From Candidatus Binatia bacterium (GTDB taxonomy: Bacteria > Desulfobacterota > Binatia > Bin18): DNA of 64,000 bases. The stretch covers positions 2,208,001-2,272,000 of the forward strand of contig OY761159.2 in assembly GCA_963664395.2 (NCBI GenBank). Direction: 5' to 3'. Positions within the stretch are counted from its first letter, which is position 1, and each line of letters starts with the position of its first letter. The notes beneath the pieces were generated by a model. That model had not been told where the DNA came from and searched no databases. It saw only the letters and a list, made by a program, of their open reading frames with translations. Positions 59,877 to 64,000 of the stretch are shown one piece after another. The position numbers were made by a program, and so were the translations under genes.

Positions 59877-62800
59877 TTGGCCGCTCAACCAAAACCGAAG
59901 GATATCAAGGACTACTACGCCGCTCTCGAAGCGTACGAGAAGCAGGGCGTGACGCACGAGGGAGCGCTGCGGTCCGCGTTTCAGAATCTGCTGGCCGAAA
60001 CCGGTCGGCGGACCGGCTGGACCCTCATTCCAGAATTGCCGAGCGGTTCTATCCGACCTGACGGAACCTTTCGTGATGAGTACTATTTGAATCGTGGATA
60101 CTGGGAGGCCAAAGACACCAACGACAACCTTGAGACCGAAATCCAGAAGAAAATAGCTAAAGGCTATCCGCTCACAAACACTATCTTTGAAGATACCCAA
60201 CGCGCCACCCTGTACCAGAACGGGCAGGTTGCCATGCAGGTTGACCTGACCAAGCAAGAGCAAATCAGCAACCTGCTCATCACTTTTTTCTCCTACACCG
60301 AACCCGCGCACGAAGACTTCAGCAGCGCGGTGGACGACTTCAAGCAGCGTGTGCCCGACCTGGCTCGCGGCTTGGTGCATATCATTCAGGATGCCCATGC
60401 TACGAATGCGGCGTTTCAGCAAGCGTTTACGAGCTTCTTTGCCCTGTGTCGTGAGTCGCTGAACCCCAACCTGAGTAAGGTTGCGGTTGATGAAATGCTG
60501 GTGCAGCACCTGCTGACCGAGCGGCTGATTCGGACGATCTTCGACAGTCAGGATTTCATTCGCCGCAATGTGATTGCGCGTGAGGTGGAAACGGTTATCG
60601 ACGCGCTGGTCAGCAAAGCCTTTAACCGGCACGAATTTCTCAAATCCCTCGACACCTTTTATCTGGCTATCGAGTCCGCGGCCAAAACAATCGAGAATTT
60701 CAGCGAGAAACAACACTTCCTGAACGCCGTCTACGAGCGCTTCTTTCAGGGCTACTCGATCAAGGCCGCCGACACGCTCGGCATTGTCTACACTCCGCAA
60801 GAGATTGTGGATTTCATGTGTGCGAGCGTGGAGCAGGTGTTGCAAGACGAGTTCGGCAAGACCCTCAGCGACACAAGCGTGAACATTCTTGACCCGTGCA
60901 CGGGAACGGGGAACTTCATTGTGAACCTGCTGCGCCGTATTCCCAAGCGCGACCTCAAACGCATGTACACCCAGCAGTTGTTCGCCAACGAAGTCATGCT
61001 GCTGCCGTACTATATTGCCGCGCTTAATATCGAGCATGCCTATTACGAACGTACCGGCGAGTATAAACGGTTCGACGGCCTATGCTTTGTGGATACGCTC
61101 GAACTGGCAGAGGACAGCGAACAACAATTTGCGTTTATGACCGAGGAGAACACCGCGCGGGTGGAACGTCAAAAGACCGCCCCCATTACGGTCATCATCG
61201 GCAATCCGCCCTATAACGTGGGGCAGATTAACGAAAACGACAATAACAAGAACCGGAAGTATAAGGTCATCGAGAAGCAAATCCGGGATACATACGCGAA
61301 AGATTCCAGAGCCAGCAACGTAAACAAGCTATCCGATGCCTACGTGAAGTTTTTTCGCTGGGCTGTCGAGCGTCTGGAAAAGCGAGATGGCATTGTCTGC
61401 TTTGTGACCAATAACAGTTTCGTGGACCAAATAGCCTTTGATGGAATGAGGAAAAACCTCCTTCAGGATTTCACAAAAATTTATCATACTGACCTGCACG
61501 GAAACGTTCGTAAAAACCCCAAGCTCAGCGGCACGACTCACAACGTGTTTGGTATTCAGGTCGGTGTCGGTATTACGGTTGCAGTTCGCAATGCTCAACA
61601 TTCGAGTCGCACTCTTCAATACCATCGCGTCCCTGAAGATTGGCGGAAAGAAGAAAAGCTCTCTTGGTTAGCAAAAAAGCAGCATGTTGCGACCGTTGAA
61701 TGGCGGACTCTACAACCGGATGCGAACCATACCTGGCTCCTTCCTTCACACACTGACGAGTTTCGAGCGATGCTCCCCATCGGGAGCCGAGAAGCAAAGG
61801 CGAACAAAGGAACAAACGAAGAGGCGATTTTCAAAATTTTCTCCATCGGGGTGAATACCAACCGGGATGCGTGGGTATATTGTTTTGATAAAGGGCAACT
61901 GGACGATCAAGTCCAAAGGAGCATTGAAACATACAACGGCGAGATTGACCGTTGGAATCGAGCAAAGAGGCCGAAGGATGTTGACGGCTTCGTCGTCAAC
62001 GATGAATCAAAAATCAAGTGGAGCAGCCGGCTTAAAGAGACATTTGCGCGCGGCATATATGCAGAGTTCGACGTGGAGAAAGTTCGGGATGCACTTTACC
62101 GGCCTTTCACAAAACGTTTCTTATTCTTCGATTCTGTAATGAATCATCGTCGGGCATTATTTCCAGACATTTTTCCGAATCCCGTCACGGAAGAAGAGAA
62201 TAAGGCTATTTGTCTCACGGGAATAGGCTCCGAGAAGCCCTTCATGGTACTGGTTAGCAATCAACTCTTAGATTTACACCTGGTAGGAGCTGGGGCTGGG
62301 ACACAAGCCTTTCCCTTTTACATGTATAGCCAAGAGGGAAGTAACAAGCGTGAAAACATCACCGACTGGTCACTCAAACAGTTTCAGGAGCATTACCGGA
62401 ATCCGAGCATCACAAAGTGGGATATTTTCTATTACGTGTATGGGTTTCTTCACCATCCCGGCTACCGAGAAAAGTTCGCCGACAATCTGAAACGTGAGCT
62501 CCCGCGCATTCCGTTCGCCCCGGACTTTCAGGCATTTACGTCCGCCGGCAAGCAGCTTGCCCGGCTGCATCTCGAATACGAAGCCCTTGAGCCGTATGAC
62601 CTGCAATGGATTGAATCGGACGACGTGCCGCTCTCGTACCGCGTAGACCGTATGAAGCTCAGCAAAGACAAGACCGCCCTTATAGTCAACGACTCGCTCA
62701 CCCTGGCCGGGATTCCCCCGGACGTGTTCGCCTATCGTCTCGGCAACCGCAGCGCCCTGGAGTGGGTCATCGACCAATACCGCCTCAAGACCGACAAACG

Positions 62801-62933
62801 CAGCGGCATCCACTCCGACCCCAACCGCCCCGACGACGAAGAATACATCGTCCGCCTCGTCGGCCAAGTCGTCCGCGTCAGCCTGGAAACGGTAGAAATA
62901 GTGCGTGGTTTGCCGGAGGAAAGTGGGGGGTGA
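59877..62933 (+). CDS. Single-chain type IIG restriction-modification enzyme with type ISP-like C-terminal recognition domain
   Basis: N-term RPDG...WEAK nuclease; GIVYTP; ILDPCTGTGNF; GNPPY; T.RDAW, YRPF, IFYYVYG.LH...YR, SALEWVIDQY; no helicase motifs. Confidence 0.9.
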   Translation: MAAQPKPKDIKDYYAALEAYEKQGVTHEGALRSAFQNLLAETGRRTGWTLIPELPSGSIRPDGTFRDEYYLNRGYWEAKDTNDNLETEIQKKIAKGYPLTNTIFEDTQRATLYQNGQVAMQVDLTKQEQISNLLITFFSYTEPAHEDFSSAVDDFKQRVPDLARGLVHIIQDAHATNAAFQQAFTSFFALCRESLNPNLSKVAVDEMLVQHLLTERLIRTIFDSQDFIRRNVIAREVETVIDALVSKAFNRHEFLKSLDTFYLAIESAAKTIENFSEKQHFLNAVYERFFQGYSIKAADTLGIVYTPQEIVDFMCASVEQVLQDEFGKTLSDTSVNILDPCTGTGNFIVNLLRRIPKRDLKRMYTQQLFANEVMLLPYYIAALNIEHAYYERTGEYKRFDGLCFVDTLELAEDSEQQFAFMTEENTARVERQKTAPITVIIGNPPYNVGQINENDNNKNRKYKVIEKQIRDTYAKDSRASNVNKLSDAYVKFFRWAVERLEKRDGIVCFVTNNSFVDQIAFDGMRKNLLQDFTKIYHTDLHGNVRKNPKLSGTTHNVFGIQVGVGITVAVRNAQHSSRTLQYHRVPEDWRKEEKLSWLAKKQHVATVEWRTLQPDANHTWLLPSHTDEFRAMLPIGSREAKANKGTNEEAIFKIFSIGVNTNRDAWVYCFDKGQLDDQVQRSIETYNGEIDRWNRAKRPKDVDGFVVNDESKIKWSSRLKETFARGIYAEFDVEKVRDALYRPFTKRFLFFDSVMNHRRALFPDIFPNPVTEEENKAICLTGIGSEKPFMVLVSNQLLDLHLVGAGAGTQAFPFYMYSQEGSNKRENITDWSLKQFQEHYRNPSITKWDIFYYVYGFLHHPGYREKFADNLKRELPRIPFAPDFQAFTSAGKQLARLHLEYEALEPYDLQWIESDDVPLSYRVDRMKLSKDKTALIVNDSLTLAGIPPDVFAYRLGNRSALEWVIDQYRLKTDKRSGIHSDPNRPDDEEYIVRLVGQVVRVSLETVEIVRGLPEESGG

Positions 62934-62967
62934 GAGACGCTATAGGGGATGTCTAAGACCGCTCAGA

Positions 62968-63282
62968 TTACGATTGAACGTCAGCGGCCCACTCTTCTTC
63001 ACTAAAAAAGACAAAGGAACACAACTGCTCTGGGTCCTCCCGTTCTTCTCGTTCAAGGACTCGGAGGGACGCAGCGTTGCATTGGGCAACGGTATCTCGC
63101 CAGCAGGATTCTTGCAGGAAAGCTGACCAATCTGCCGAATTGATTGGAACGCGAGGGTAAACTTTACCCTCGCGGATATGCACAAAGTCTATTCCTATGA
63201 CTGCGATCCCCTGACTTGAGCATTCCTCAACAATCCGTGCAGCCTCCTGCAACGGAAGATAGCGCTCGTTTCTCCTGACCAC
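62968..63282 (-). CDS. Hypothetical protein, weakly immunity-protein (Imm40)-like
   Basis: LPLQEAARIVEEC...IAVIGID pattern; start uncertain. Confidence 0.4.
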   Translation of the reverse strand: MVRRNERYLPLQEAARIVEECSSQGIAVIGIDFVHIREGKVYPRVPINSADWSAFLQESCWRDTVAQCNAASLRVLEREEREDPEQLCSFVFFSEEEWAADVQS

Positions 63283-63327
63283 GCTCTGGCCCTCATGCCT
63301 CTCAATACGTTGGTCAGACGAATATGC

Positions 63328-64000
63328 TTAATACCCCCCAAACCCCATATCGGTTGTGGCCTGAGCGTCCGGGTCGGTGCAGACGTTAACTAAGGCGGGC
63401 TTGCCGCTGGCGAACGCTCGCTCAATCGCGGCCTTGATGTCGGCGGGATTCTCGACATATTCCCCGTAGCCGCCCAGCGCTTCGACCATCTTGTCATAGC
63501 GCTGATGGCCAAGCTCGCGGCCGACATTCTGCCTCCCCTCCTTGTCGCCGGCCGTCATATAGCCGGTCTGGCGCGAGGTGAAACCGGCGTTGTTTGAGAC
63601 CACGACGACAATAGGGATGTTATGCCGAATGGCCGAGTCCATCTCCATGCCGTTCCAGCCGAAGGCACCGTCGCCGGACAGGACCAGGACGGGTTTGTCC
63701 GGCGCCGCCACCTTGGCGCCGATGCCGAACGGTATGCCAATACCCATACAGCCATGCGGGCCGGCATTGAGACTGCCGCCGGCTGCATACACGGGAATGG
63801 ACTGGCGGGCAAAATTGAGGATTTCATGCCCATCCACGACCAAAATGGTGTCCCGGCTGATCGTTTCCCGGACTTCCTTGCACAAGCGCAGCGGATGGAC
63901 CGGGATGGCGTCCGAGTGCAGCAGCGGAGCCGAGCGTTCCATATTGGAGCGTTGCTTGGCCGCAAGCTGGGCGACCCAGATGGTTTCCCGGTCGGGGTCG
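63328..64000 (-). CDS. Thiamine-pyrophosphate enzyme (acetolactate synthase / 2-hydroxyacyl-CoA lyase-like), C-terminal part
   Basis: GCMGIG.PF, SGDGAFG...NN TPP-binding motif, KPALVNV. Confidence 0.88.
   Translation of the reverse strand, partial: DPDRETIWVAQLAAKQRSNMERSAPLLHSDAIPVHPLRLCKEVRETISRDTILVVDGHEILNFARQSIPVYAAGGSLNAGPHGCMGIGIPFGIGAKVAAPDKPVLVLSGDGAFGWNGMEMDSAIRHNIPIVVVVSNNAGFTSRQTGYMTAGDKEGRQNVGRELGHQRYDKMVEALGGYGEYVENPADIKAAIERAFASGKPALVNVCTDPDAQATTDMGFGGY

Noticed and set aside
63282-63330. Stop-codon readthrough fusing the TPP enzyme to the downstream ORF (same frame)
   Set aside because: The stop is TAA, the TPP enzyme ends at a plausible C-terminus, and no recoding signal is visible

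Overview
Bacterial chromosomal window. Gene order and protein families suggest a deltaproteobacterium-like or Ca. Binatia-like organism (inference). It has four parts. (1) 1.4-13.4 kb: a DUF499/DUF1156/SNF2 restriction-like (BREX-related) defence locus. It has an XRE-HTH fused to the helicase-nuclease, a candidate operator palindrome, DUF2806 and DUF4258/YgiT toxin-antitoxin cargo, and three palindromic repeats inserted in frame in a frameshifted methyltransferase. (2) 13.5-47.7 kb: housekeeping genes, namely aroC, atpF'FHAGDC, parAB with a perfect parS, rsmG-mnmG-mnmE-jag-yidC-yidD-rnpA-rpmH (no adjacent dnaA), gpsA, pgeF, rlmD, aroBK, a decayed second aroC, pilMNOPQ, priA, def and fmt. rpmH appears to be nested inside an N-terminally extended rnpA reading frame, as in Thermus. 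(3) 47.7-59.7 kb: an orphan antitoxin flanked by a duplication of the fmt 3' end, a cyclase/partner/UGSC-type selenoprotein module (in-frame TGA plus SECIS-like hairpin), and catabolic genes. (4) 59.9-64 kb: a single-chain type IIG/ISP-like R-M enzyme, an immunity-like ORF and a partial TPP enzyme. No rRNA, tRNA, CRISPR array, integrase or transposase was recognised. All family assignments come from motif recognition by eye, not from database searches.
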